DNA of 64,000 nucleotides from Octopus vulgaris. Lineage: Eukaryota. How positions within the stretch are numbered: the stretch's first letter is position 1; every line of letters begins with the position of its first letter. Positions 38,540 through 52,600 of the stretch are shown in pieces. The notes beneath the pieces are model-generated. The model was not told the origin of the DNA, did not search any database, and worked only from the letters and a program-made list of their open reading frames with translations. The DNA lies in the NCBI GenBank assembly GCA_951406725.2, contig OX597816.1, positions 35,774,001-35,838,000 of the forward strand, given 5' to 3'. The position numbers were made by a program, and so were the translations under genes.

Positions 38540-38830
38540 GGCGACAATAACTACACAAGAAATGAGAAAATATTTTATATTGGCTCGAATCAGAATTGGG
38601 TTAAATTAAGAATTGCGAGTCATGAATCTACATTAAGAGACCAAAATGAAAGGAAAAGTGCAGGAAATAAATAAAGTTAATTAAATAAAGTTAACTACAC
38701 AATTGAATGGAAGATAGTAGCACATGCATTGAGTTATACAATTGATAAGTTCTGCAGATTATTTTAATTTTTTTTTAAATATGAAAATCTTTATTCATCG
38801 TAAACATCATAAACAACAGAATGTACTTCA
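38540..38830 (+). mobile_element. Penelope-like GIY-YIG endonuclease fragment
   Basis: KIFYIGSNQNWVKLRIASHESTLRD, followed by YTIEWKIV. Confidence 0.65.
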
Positions 38831-39203
38831 TCAACATCAATGCTGATGTTGTTATAACGAAATTTAGGTTGACAATGTTATCAGATATATATATATATAT
38901 ATGTTGAGATGTTCTGATAAGTCTCCTTGATTCACTTAGTTTCTTGCAGGTGGAATATATGATATATTGACGAGAAATATACGATGATATTTATATAATC
39001 TGACGATTATACCTTTACGAAAATTACAAAATAATGAAAAGCAAAAGAAACATTATTAACTTGAGACAAGATAAAGTTTTTTTTTTCCTTGTAACCATAT
39101 AAATAAGAATCTATTTATTAAATTTAAATAATGTAAAGAACTTAAATGATGTATTACCGATATTACAACGATAGGTTAGTAGTAGGTATTATAATAGATT
39201 ATC

Positions 39204-39302
<99 letters not shown>

Positions 39303-39337
39303 CATATATACATATATATACATATTCATATATATAC

Positions 39338-39374
<37 letters not shown>

Positions 39375-40039
39375 AGTTTAGACGATAAAACACACGCACT
39401 ATATATTTGGTGTTAATTTGCTTCAGCTTTATTTTATTTTTTGCATTAATCGTATTTCGATCAGGGTTCTTTCGTCACACTTCTGTAACTTCCTCACTTG
39501 TCCTTTGCTTTCTCGTTTCTTATTTGTGTCTTTCCTTACTATTTTGTATTGCTAGTGTATGTGTCTTTATTTTGTATCCCTAGTGTATGTGTCTTTATTT
39601 GCGCACGCGTGTCCACCTATGTGTGTCTATGTTTAGTAAGTGCATGTGTGGGGGGAGTGCCTGAATTATATTTATCCCTTGTTTATACACGTTCGTTTAA
39701 TTTGCTTTTATTTATTTTGTTCATGTGTTTATACCTACATATTATTTTTTAATCTTTTTGTGTATTTAATTTAATTTAATTTTATTAACGTATATAGTTA
39801 TTTAATTACATCTGTTTATCTGTGTATTGTATTATTCATATTGTCATCAGTTTATGGGGATCTTATTCTGTCATATGTTGTGGGGTGTGTGCCAGTGTTC
39901 CATTCCAGTTTCCTATTCAGGCTTGGTCTATTTTCTATTATATGTGTAGCTTCTGTAATTTGTCTAAGCAATGCATCTGTTCTCGGTTGTCAAGCGATGT
40001 TGTGGAGCCAAACACAGACACACAAACAAATACACATTC

Positions 40040-40098
<59 letters not shown>

Positions 40099-40143
40099 CA
40101 TACATACACATTTATATATATATAAACAAGTGGGGTTTAGAAT

Positions 40144-40224
40144 TCATGACAGCTTTTTCGGTAGAATTTTAGTGATGCATTTAGAGATTACATCCTAAAG
40201 CATAGTCAACCATCTTCAGACCAG
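40144..40224 (-). ncRNA. Degenerate type I hammerhead motif with long stem II
   Basis: TGGT-CTGAAGA-T-GGT..(hairpin)..ACC-GAAA-AAGCT-GTC-ATGA; stem III is one change from palindromic ACAGCTGT. Confidence 0.55.
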
Positions 40225-40287
40225 ATAATAGCGACGTGTTATCTTTTGGTGCTTGTATCACCAAAGGTTAGATTATACTATGTTAAG

Positions 40288-40342
<55 letters not shown>

Positions 40343-40681
40343 TGTATGTATGTATGTATGTATGTATACACACACTCACATATATATATATATATATATA
40401 CTTATTCTTTTATTTCAATTGTAAGTGTATATGTAATTGTAATTGTATGTATGTGGGTATGTATATGGATATGCATTCAAAGGAATCAATTATTATTATT
40501 CTTAGGGGTATTATATTATTCTTATATAGATAAAGTATAAACAGAAGAAGAAGAAAGTTATCAAAAGAGAGATAATAGTGGAATTTTTAAAAAATCAATA
40601 TAGCCTAATATTATTTTAGAAATGAAAAGATATATAAGGAATACATACATACATACATACATACATACATACATACATACA

Positions 40682-40715
<34 letters not shown>

Positions 40716-42038
40716 CATACATATACATATATATATATATATATATATATTACTGAGATGTACTCGCATAGCAAGTGATTTGATCTGAGATCCTGTGCTC
40801 GAACGAAAACAATTGCAGCGTGGAAGGTGTTTGTAAGCCATTTAAGAAACACACAAAAGCCGTTCGATTCACTTCAACATTTAAGTTTAATTTGTTAAAA
40901 TATTTTCGTCGCTAAAATCCGCGACCTGTTCACTGACAAAAATCCGTGCTGCATCTGAGAAAGTAACAGTTAGTTCGTCATATATATGTACGTATGTATG
41001 TGTGTATGTATGTATACATGCATGTATGAATGTATGTATGTATCTATGTATGTACGTACATACGCCTATGTATGTATGTATGTATGTATGTATGTATGTA
41101 TGTATGTATGTATGTGTGTGTATATGCACGCACATATACACTATAAACTTAAAGCTATAAACCTGTAGTGATGGATAGATGTAGACTGACCACTCATCAC
41201 AATAATATCAAATTTCAACCTCCCCCGCCGAAATTAGGAAGTGACTTACGACCCTCACCCCCAAAGCAATATCCTAAAACCTATTATCAGACATTTATCT
41301 CTATATCACAGAACTTTTTTTTTACTATTACTTGTTTTTTTTTCTTACCCTCCCTACATCTAGTTAGTTCTGGTCAAATATATATACGTACGTATGTATG
41401 TATACGCGCACGTATGCATGTGCCCATGTATGTGTGCGTGCATGTACGTGCGTATGTACGTATGTATGCCCATACATAGGTATGTATGTATGTTTGTACT
41501 CATGTGCTACGTATGTATGTGAGTGTCTAAGTATACACAAACATATATATATTGATGTGATATATTTTCTATTGATGGCTTTAGACAAAGGTCCACTATA
41601 AGTGGGTTAGAGTTTATATTAATACCTGTGATATGAGTTGGTACTAAAAGTATAAATTTTGTAGTATTAATAAAGACACTTTATTATATTCCGTTATTTT
41701 TTTGTTTATTGACTTGCTGAAATCCTGCGGGAAGTGGGGAGGAGAGTTATGTTCGGTTCCGTAATCTAATTTGTCGTCTATTGTTTTAAAATACATACAT
41801 ACTAGATGAAACCTTAGCGACTGAAGAAGGGGTTTTTTCTTTGTCTTAATTATCCTGTACTCCAATTTTTGTTGTTTTAAAAAAAATGTCCAGTTCCTTT
41901 GGCTTGTGTCTATGTTTTCGTTTCTCTTTGTTTCGACGTCCCTTTGGTGTCCTGTACTCATATATGCGTGTATATGTACATGTAGAGGTAGGTACGTACA
42001 TATATGTTTATATATATTCATATGTTTTATTTCATTCA

Positions 42039-42074
<36 letters not shown>

Positions 42075-42479
42075 ATACTATTATCCACATCACACACTGT
42101 CATCCAAGCATCCACACACCATCATGCGCGCTCCCACACTCTCACAATCATATAATATATAAACACAGACAATATATACATACGCATAAAGACATTTAAC
42201 TTTTGCCCACAAAGATGCACTATGCACTTGCACTCTATTTGATCACATACCTACCAGGACATAGAATGCATATCACTCCATATAATGTACACACTGTATT
42301 ACTTATACACATACACATACACATGTCCGCATAATCTTCGGTTTACCCATACATAGGTCCTCACACACTCGCTCCCATTGATAAATGCACACTTACTCAC
42401 ACACACATGCTCTTGCGTAACTTAGTTCATTGGAGTCACTGTTATTATTTATTACTATTATTATTATTATTACCATTAT

Positions 42480-43120
42480 TTTTTTTTCTTCTTCTTTCAA
42501 ATTTGCTTCCAATTCTTGCCGAGCGTCTTCCCGACTCCTAGGGCAAAGAAACTCATAGTATACATTGGTAGGCCATTAAACCAAACTCAATAGTTCGTTC
42601 ATTTTTTTTTTTAAAGTTATATTAAGATACATGAGCAGCAACAGTTCTCACATCGACAATGCTCTTCTCAATACGTGTGATGTACCAGTTAAGACAATCT
42701 TTTGCACTTCTTGCAGGGATGGTAAGCCAGGGATCATTCTCATATAATTTTCGGTTCCCTTCTTGATCATTCCTAGTGCTCCTACGATCACTGGTATTGT
42801 AACCGCCTTGAGATGCCACATTTTCTCAATTTCAATGAGTAGGTCTTTATATTTTCTGAGCTTGTCAAACTCTTTCGCTGAGATATTATGATCACAGGGG
42901 ATGCTCATGTCGATCAATAAGCAAACTTTATTGTTTTTGTCTTTCACAACAATATCTGGTTTATTGGCCTTGATGGTTCGGTCTGTATGTACTGGAAAGT
43001 CCCACAGAATGGTTACATTTTCTCCTTCAGTTACAGCCTCAGGGTGGTGATTATACCACTTGTCGGCAGTTTTTATATTCTAATGCCGACTTATTAGCCA
43101 GTGTAGATAGTGGCCAACTT
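42480..43120 (-). mobile_element. 5'-truncated Dong/R4 element of a different family (RLE domain + 3' UTR), in (TAA)n
   Basis: KVGHYLHW..KWYNHHP..ILWDFPVHTDRTIKANKPDIVV..LIDMSIP..KYKDL..PVIVGALG. Confidence 0.93.
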
Positions 43121-43140
43121 ATTTTTATTATTATTATTAA

Positions 43141-43209
<69 letters not shown>

Positions 43210-43228
43210 AATTATTATTAATATTATT

Positions 43229-43932
<704 letters not shown>

Positions 43933-43934
43933 CA

Positions 43935-43965
<31 letters not shown>

Positions 43966-44003
43966 TATTATTATTAATATTATTATTATTATTAGTATTA
44001 TTA

Positions 44004-44065
<62 letters not shown>

Positions 44066-44616
44066 GAGTGAGAGAGCAGTTCATGCCATCAAAGTGACAC
44101 TGGGGTAAAATATACGAAGCCCAATATACCCATCATGACTACCCGTCTGATAAAGGTACACCAGGCACATGCATCACAACCATATGTGCGCGACATGGTG
44201 ATCTCATATCAAGATAAACAGCACATGACCTTGCAGGTGGGGCCCAGTTTGAATTTTCTTCAGGTTGAGTAACCCATCCCGCTCAAACGGTCCCCGAATA
44301 AGGGTTGTTTAAGGATGTTGAAAGAACCACTCATGTTTCCAGAGGTGAACTATTCAAACCCCAAAGCATCCCTCTCAACACATGGCTATGATGCTCCCCC
44401 ACTACTTCTGCTCGTGATCAGAGATGCACATATCGTCAGCCACTAAGGGACATGCTCAACTGGTTAAGGTCAAACAACTGACAAGCAAATCTGTGGTATT
44501 GAGCAGAATATTTGCTGTAGCCCATCTTTTATACCAAGACAAAACAATGTACATGATAACACTTCCAATCAGTTAAGATCAGAAGCCATGAGAGCCACTG
44601 CCTGGTACTGCATCAG
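44066..44616 (-). mobile_element. ~555-bp element, copy 4 (last ~7 nt missing)
   Basis: As above. Confidence 0.85.
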
Positions 44617-44688
<72 letters not shown>

Positions 44689-44702
44689 CATTATTATTAT
44701 TA

Positions 44703-44760
<58 letters not shown>

Positions 44761-44776
44761 CATTATTATTATTATC

Positions 44777-44808
<32 letters not shown>

Positions 44809-44822
44809 CATTATTATTATTA

Positions 44823-44872
<50 letters not shown>

Positions 44873-44888
44873 ATTATTATTATTATAA

Positions 44889-44922
<34 letters not shown>

Positions 44923-44949
44923 GTATTATTATTATCATTATTATTATTA

Positions 44950-45030
<81 letters not shown>
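44617..45030. repeat. Long imperfect (TTA)n array (also 43121-43228 and 43790-44065)
   Basis: Direct reading. Confidence 0.97.
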
Positions 45031-45031
<1 letters not shown>

Positions 45032-45401
45032 CTCCCTTTCATTCAGCCTCTTTTTTTCAATCATCTCGTTATGTTGGACCTTTGAACTGTGCATACTTTT
45101 CCTCTCTTCTTTTTTCCCCTCTTAATTCTCGCAACCTAAAAGATTTTCGCATTCTTCGTCAGCGTCATACTTAAACACCTGCTTGCTGCTCCTACACATG
45201 TGTTCGTCTTTTGTTTTCTGTAAATTTGCATTACATATATGTGTATGTGTATGTGTGCGTGTTTGTGTATGTGTGTGAGTGATTGCGTATGCATATGTAT
45301 ATATATTTACACATAACACTCTACTATATTCTATAATTTCTGTCTACTTAGCTAGCTATGTATCCATATTTATATGTGTATAGAGTGCGGATGTATATAT
45401 G

Positions 45402-45453
<52 letters not shown>

Positions 45454-45471
45454 CTATCGATTTATCTATCT

Positions 45472-45528
<57 letters not shown>

Positions 45529-46458
45529 CATACATACATGCATAAGTATGCGGAATGTGAATTTATGTTGTTTGTTAATTTTGAAATATGTCAGACTTAA
45601 TTTCATGAAAATAAATGAAAGTTATTTCTAAAGGAGCATAGAAATTTCCTTTCTACAACTGAAAGGAATAATAATTGTGGTTTTTCAAGTGATATCTACG
45701 TTCAGAATTAGTAGATGAAACGTCTCTTGCTATATATTACCGAATCTCTTAGGTTTTTTCCTCATTTACTATCATTTATCGTATTACTTCAAATCCTGTA
45801 ATGGTAGCCTTCTCCCCGTTTAGCACTTTCATTGTATTGTCATTTATCAATTTAAATTCATTCATGTTTCTTCGTCGTACTATTTCAAATTAACCCTTCT
45901 GCCTCTGCACATCTTTTCGTTTCACCTTTATTTCCTTATTTCTAAATCGCAATCCCTTATGTGTCCTTTCTTACCCTCTTTCTGTATTGATATTCATCCT
46001 TGAATCAATTCAAACATAAAAAAAAATATTGTGTATTTGCTTATTGTTTGTCTCCACGATTACATTTTGATTATGACGCAATTGTTCTCGTTATAAACTA
46101 CATATTGTCTTTGATTTGTTTATCAGAGTTATTATCTGTATACGAAACTCCCCGCTCCTTAATTATTAACCGAATTTCCACTTCTATGGTTCACAGAACC
46201 TTCTTATATTTTTTTAGATTATTCAAATTATTCGAATGAATAATGATATTCCAGTCACCAATGAAATAGAGCCAAATCTCCACATATAACTCTCACAACA
46301 ACATATTTTATACGAAAGTCCTAGCAAGAAATGTGTAAGGCAGGAATATAAATAGGTGACTGCTTGGGGCACATTATAATTTGGGATGCAATAAATAGCT
46401 TATACCACATTCATTTTTTTCGATTAGTAATACAAAAATGTAGTGATAAGTTAAACAA

Positions 46459-46795
46459 AGGCACAGGAGTGGCTGTGTGGTAAGTAGCTTGCTGACCAAC
46501 CACATGGTTCCGGGTTCAGTCCCACTGCGTGGCATCTTGGGCAAGTGTCTTCTGCTATAGCCCCGGGCCGACCAATGCCTTGTGAGTGGATTTGGTAGAC
46601 GGAAACTGAAAGAAGCCTGTCGTATATATGTATATATATATATGTGTGTGTATGTGTTTGTGTGTCTGGGTTTGTCCCCCTGGTGAGTTTACGTCCCCGT
46701 CACTTACAGGTTCGGCAAAAAAACCGATAGAACGACTAAAAGGCGGTGCTCCAGCATGGCCGCAGTCAAATGACTGAAACAAGTAAAAGAGAGTA
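46459..46795 (+). mobile_element. SINE family A with internal deletions
   Basis: AGGCACAGGAGTGGCTGTGTGG..GAAACAAGTAAAAGAG. Confidence 0.87.
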
Positions 46796-46896
46796 AATGA
46801 GATCTTTCCAAGAAAAAAGAAGTGTAGAATGTAGAAAGGTTGAATGAGAGAATCATGGAGAATGTAACCTTTCGCATGAGTTGTAATGAAACACCC

Positions 46897-47283
46897 GGAG
46901 GCACAATGGCCCAGTGGTTAGGGCAGCGGACTCGCGGTCATAGGATCGCGGTTTCGATTCCCAGACTGGGCGTTGTGAGTGTTTAATGAGCGAAAACACC
47001 TAAAAAGCTCCACGAGGCTCCGGCAGGGGATGGTGGTGATCCCTGCTGTACTCTTTCACCACAACTTTCTCTCACTCTTACTTCCTGTTTCTGTTGTACC
47101 TGTATTTCAAGGGGCCGCCCTTGTCACACTCTGTGTCACGCTGAATATCCCCGAGAACTACATTAAGGGTGCACGTGTCTGTGGAGTGCTCAGCCACTTA
47201 CACGTTAATTTCACGAGCAGGCTGTTCCGTTGATTCGGTTCAACCGGAACCCTCGTCGTCGTAACCGATGGAGTGCTTCCACC
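46897..47283 (+). mobile_element. SINE family C, full length, 11-bp target-site duplication
   Basis: tRNA-like A and B boxes; AATGAAACACC at 46885-46895 and 47284-47294. Confidence 0.9.
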
Positions 47284-47832
47284 AATGAAACACCTGAAAC
47301 TTTCCCAAATGACAGACCCAAAAAATGTAATACATGATCCAAAATCTATAAATAACTTGCTCACAATTTAGTTCACTTTTAGGAGTGGACTTGTTAGATG
47401 TGGTAGGGATCATTATTGAAGGATGATGTAAAATAATAAAGATCTTAATATTGAACTAGAAGAACATTGCACAAATTGGGGTTAGCTTATGAAATTGAAT
47501 ACCCTGACGACAGGCTTGAGTTTTAGTGTTACAAAGACATAGGAGGCCATCGATAAGATAACTTTATCATAGGCCTCCTTCAGTAAAAATTTTTATGTAA
47601 TTAATTGCATTTTTGTGATCATTGAAGGTCATTTGTTTCCATAAACAGAAAAATATATTGATTGAATCTATACCAACGAGCGTGATCTACTGTCTTCAAT
47701 TTTCTACAGTTTTATATTCTGTTCACAAACATTTATTCAATAACTGCCGGAGAATAAGATCAAGTGTTCCACACCAGCATCGGTTGTCAAGCGATGCAAG
47801 GGAGAAAAACACAGACACACAGACATATACAT

Positions 47833-47867
<35 letters not shown>

Positions 47868-48471
47868 ACATATATATCATATATATATATATATAAAACA
47901 TATATATATCATATATATGGAGAGAGAGACGGCAGACAGAGGGTGGGAGAGAGAAAGAGTCCGAGAGATAGAAATGCTAGACACATACAGATATATAAAA
48001 TAACATGCCACATAAATTATTGAGGACATGTCATAATTATCAAGTGGTATTTAAGACCAACTTCAATGGGGAAAGGATGATAATCACACGAATCAAATAT
48101 TCTCCAAAAGAGACATGACAGTAAACAACATTTCAGTCTTATTGTCCGGAGATAAATGACAGTCTTGAATACGTGTTTATGGCTTGCTTTACAACTGGAG
48201 ATAGTCTTCACTGTCATTCGGTAATTATGTCACATCCTCTACAGGCGGAGATAATTTTAGTTTGTGTCGTATGTAATTTGATGTACTCGCATGTCTCTGT
48301 TATTCAAATACATTCCGCTGGCCGGTTTCTTTTATTTCTGTTATTGCATTTTTGACTAAAGCATATTCTTTTATTTTTTACGTTTTTTTTCCTTGTACGT
48401 GTTTCAGTCATTTGACTTCAGAAAACATATGCATGTATATGTTTGTGTGTGAGTATGCATTTATATATACA

Positions 48472-48905
48472 TAGGTGCAGGAGTGGCTGTGTGGTAAGTA
48501 GCTTGCTTACGAACCACATGGTTCCGGGTTCAGTCCCACTGCATGGCATCTGGGGCTAGTGTCTTCTGCTATAGCCCCGGGCCGACCAATGTCTTGTGAG
48601 TGGATTTGGTAGACGGAAACTGAAAGAAGCGTGTCACACACACATATATATATATATATATGTGTGTGTGTGTATGTGTGTGGGGGGGTTTGTGTGTTTG
48701 TGTTTGTCCCCCTAGCATTGCTTGACAACCGATGCTGGTGTGTTTACGTCCCCGTCACTTAGAGGTTCGGCAAAAAGAGACTGATAGAATAAGTACTGAG
48801 CTTACAAAGAATAAGTCCCGGGGTCGATTTGGTCGACTAAAGGCGGTGCTCCAGCATGGCCGCAGTCAAATGACTGAAATAAGTAAAAGAGTAAAAGAGT
48901 AAAGA
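48472..48905 (+). mobile_element. SINE family A, full length, (GTAAAAGA)n tail
   Basis: Collinear with the other copies. Confidence 0.9.
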
Positions 48906-48912
48906 GCATATG

Positions 48913-48981
<69 letters not shown>

Positions 48982-49014
48982 GTGTATATAAATATATGTA
49001 TATATATAAATGCA

Positions 49015-49058
<44 letters not shown>

Positions 49059-49715
49059 TATATATATACACATATAACGTGGAAGACCTTTTCTAAGGTA
49101 AATCATTCGAAATATTATCGAGCTATATGATGCCGGCATATAAAGGTGATGAGTGATACTGCAGACTATTCATATAATATAGTAGTAAAATGTCGTTTTG
49201 TTTGTATCTTCTAAGTGTAATAGTGAACGTTATAAATTGTGAATATGATCAAATTAGATAGTGGATGGATTGTTTTCTTCATTTTTCATGAAACGATTTA
49301 GTTCTATCTATATTTATGGTGAATATTCGCCAACAACTCCCACTCATTTATGACAACATTCATCAAATTTTTCCTTCCGTTTCACATTGAACGGCTTCCA
49401 TACTATACCTCGCTAACACTAAAGTGCCTTTGTGAATGAAAAAATAATTTACGGCAAACGAATATCGGTCATTCACATCAGATAAAATAACCGAAGATTA
49501 TAAATTATGTACATATATGGTATACATATATCGAGGTATATAGCTGATACATATATGGAAGTATATAGCTGTATAATACATATGTCTTACGTATATATAT
49601 AAATATATATACAAGATAAGAAAATGGAGAAATACATCTAAATCAAATATCAATTACCAGATAATACTCAATCACATACTTTATATATATATATATATAT
49701 ATATCCAACTATCTA

Positions 49716-49801
<86 letters not shown>

Positions 49802-49873
49802 GTACATATAAGAAGATTACAAAGTAATAAACGATTATTTTAGACTTCATTTGCTTACTGTTGTTTCTGGTAT

Positions 49874-49994
49874 AATATGCAATCAAGTTCTAGTTGAGCG
49901 TAACACTTTAAAGCTTCATCAGAGCATAAAATATGCAAGTCAATTTCTAGTTGAGTATAACACTTTAAAACTTCATCAGAGCATAGAATATGCA
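49874..49994. repeat. Tandem repeat, ~57-bp unit, just over two copies; each unit has CTGATGA on the minus strand
   Basis: AATATGCAA..TTCTAGTTGAG..TAACACTTTAAA.CTTCATCAGAGCATA twice. Confidence 0.9.
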
Positions 49995-50474
49995 GTGTAG
50001 TTTATGCGGAAGAAGAATTACATTTATAACTATATATATATACAGGAGAAATCATTATAAATAGGAAAGTGAACACTCACGTCGGAGATGAAAGTGAAGG
50101 GGTCCTCCCCACTTGTCCACTAGTAAATGTTTTTGAACTTCAAAATCTTAATGACGCTAAATGGTTTAGTTTTTCTCTCCCCTTCCCATACATCTTTTAT
50201 TCGTTCTTCTCCCTATCGTCCTTTCATTATATGAGTTCGTGGGTCTGTGCGTGTCTACGTAAGTATGTCTCTGTAAATATATATATGTATATATGTACAC
50301 CTATAGGCATATATATGTGTATGTGTACGTGGTGTGTGTGTGAGTAAGTATGTATGTTTTTTTCTTCTGTATCATATGGGTGGGTGTATATGTATGTATG
50401 TATTTGTATATATATATATATATGTGTGTGTGTGTGCGTGTGTCTGAGTGTGCATCTGTGTGGGTGAGTATACT

Positions 50475-50680
50475 CTCTCTTTTACTCTTTTACTTGTTTC
50501 AGTCATTTGACTGCGGCCATGCTGGAGCACCGCCTTTAATCGAGCAACTCGACCCCGGGACTTATTCTTTTGTAAGCCCAGTACTTATTCTATCGGTCTC
50601 TTTGGCCGAACCGTTAAGTAACGGGGACATAAACACACCAGCATCGGTTGTGAAGCAATGCTAGGAGGACAAACACACAA
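50475..50680 (-). mobile_element. SINE family A, tail half
   Basis: CTCTTTTACTTGTTTCAGTCATTTGACTGCGGCCATG.. Confidence 0.85.
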
Positions 50681-51090
50681 TACATACAGTTAGAAGTAAT
50701 TACCTTAATATTCTAAATTTGGTTATACCAAAGTTTATTCTATTTAGCGTAGGACTCGGAACTTTCATCCTCGACGTAAACGATGGTTTTCTCAACGGTA
50801 ATGTTTTTCCTATGTATATGCATAGATGCATTAATTCTTTTCGCAAATGTACAGCATTTCAGACTCGAGATTCTGATTAAGCTAAAAATATAGTGGACCC
50901 AATTATGTATCCATTTCATTTTATAGCAGAAAAAGCTGTAAGCTAATGACGCTCAGAAGATAATCGTTTATACTTTTGACTTCTTATTTTCTTGTGCTCG
51001 ACTAGTGCTTCTTTCTGAAGCATATGTATATAGAATTCTACACTTGGTTATTAGATTCGCGTGGCTGTATGGTAAGTAGCTTGCTTACCT

Positions 51091-52600
51091 CGTTTACGCA
51101 TTCGTGAGTTTGTCAGTCACTTTCGAGAGTGAACACTGTCAAGGCGTGTTTCGAAGCTGTCCTTAATCAAAGAATCGTTGAAGCCGCGACTGCTAGGTAG
51201 GCGTCTGTCTTTTTAGGGATTCAGTAGGGGATTTTTTAATTTTTTTGATATTGTTTTATTTTTCGAATAAGAAATCCTCACTGGTTCCTAGACATTTGTC
51301 TGGTGCGGTCGCACCGAGTGACTCACTGTGAGAATTGTTGTTTGGTGGGCGTGTCTCGATACCATAATTTGAAAAATGTATGAATTCGTGGAGGACGTTT
51401 TGCGTGCTGTGACGAGGAACTGGAGAACCTGTATTCTTGTGGATTACCTGAGTGGCGGAATTCTGTTGCCGTGAATTGAAATGTCTTCCTTCGTTCTTTT
51501 TCTCTGTTCTGTCTTTCTGTTCTTTTTTGTGATTTTATTGGACATTTTATTTGGAAAGTTTTGGATTTTGTGTTGAATATTTTTCTTTATTTTTTTCTTT
51601 TGCAACAAGGCAACTGAAAAACAAAACACTGTATTGGGGTGGCGAATTGTGGCCCCCAAGCAGTGGGGAAAAACTTTAATGAGAGAACGGTGGTGTTGAG
51701 TACATATTCCAAGTCCCTCGACACCATCGCTGTGTTGTCTCAGTCGGCAGAATATCTGCCAACTATTACGTTTATTGCAAGGAGTGTCAAATATGCAACG
51801 GTGTGGTTGCTGTTTGATACCACTGGGGAGGCTCGAGATTTTGCGAGCCAACCCTTCGAAGTGGAAAAATTCTGTTTCTCCCCACATATGGCGGGAGGAA
51901 ATTGACAAGAGCTTGGGTGTGTGAGCTGCCACCAGGAATAGAATTCGAGTGGATAGAAGACACTATCCGTCGGGGTCTGGGTGGCAGCAGAGCCAAGCTC
52001 TTAAATATCAACATTCTGCAAGCAGCCGATTGGGTAGGGTCCAAACCAGTTTTGACCCTGTGGGCCCGGTCAGCCGATAATCTGGTTTTTCCAGATATTT
52101 TTAGGACGGCCGGATGCAGGTACCCTGTGATTATTGAGGGTCGCCCCCCACTCCTGATGTCATCGGTGACTGAAGCCTTGCCATATAAAGAAAAACTGTT
52201 CTCAGGAACAAAGCAGTCCTGGAGCAGTTGATGGAGACTTCTGTAGAAGAAGGAACGAAGGCGACCGTTGGGGCGGAAGGCCCCTCAAAGAACGGAAGCA
52301 AGAGGAAGAAGGTGAGCAAAAATGGGTGCTCACCAAAGGATCCTAGGGATGAAGGAGGGGAGGCGAATCTCCCGGTCACGGAGGAGAAGCACCCTCCTCC
52401 AGTTGAGAAGAAACAACTGAGGAAGAGGAAGGGAAGCGGGACATTGGCGGCAGTCGGTGACATATCACCGAAATGTCCCGGAACCTCGTGGGTAGGGGTT
52501 ATGCCACTGGCAGGGGAAGAGACAGCGTGGCGGTGATTTTGCCGCCACGATAGAAGTGACTACCTCGACCCAGGAGGAGGAAAATTATTTCCTTATTCAT
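51091..52600 (+). mobile_element. 5' UTR + frameshifted ORF1 (gag-like) of an L1/Tx1-type LINE; ORF2 absent
   Basis: GC-richer island; ORFs 51639-51905, 51902-52231 and 52228-52536: AWVCELPPGIEFEWI..YPVIIEGRPPL followed by a Lys-rich disordered tail, typical of L1/Tx1 ORF1 around the zinc knuckle. Confidence 0.6.

Noticed and set aside
39440-39485. GTGACGA..GAAAT motif on the minus strand
   Set aside because: No stem I pairing and the 3-8 core pair is broken; too weak to call.
46897-46970. tRNA-like sequences (also at 20437, 16095-16164 and the heads of families A and B)
   Set aside because: They have A/B boxes but continue into SINE bodies and lack a clean cloverleaf; not called as tRNA genes.
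47541-47579. Hairpin AGGAGGCC..GATAA..TTATC..GGCCTCCT
   Set aside because: No hammerhead GAAA and no Helitron CTRR end nearby; function unsupported.
48137-48220. Frame reading LEYVFMACFT, reminiscent of ion-channel S2, or a signal-peptide-like alternative frame
   Set aside because: The similarity needs a frameshift and has no supporting neighbours.
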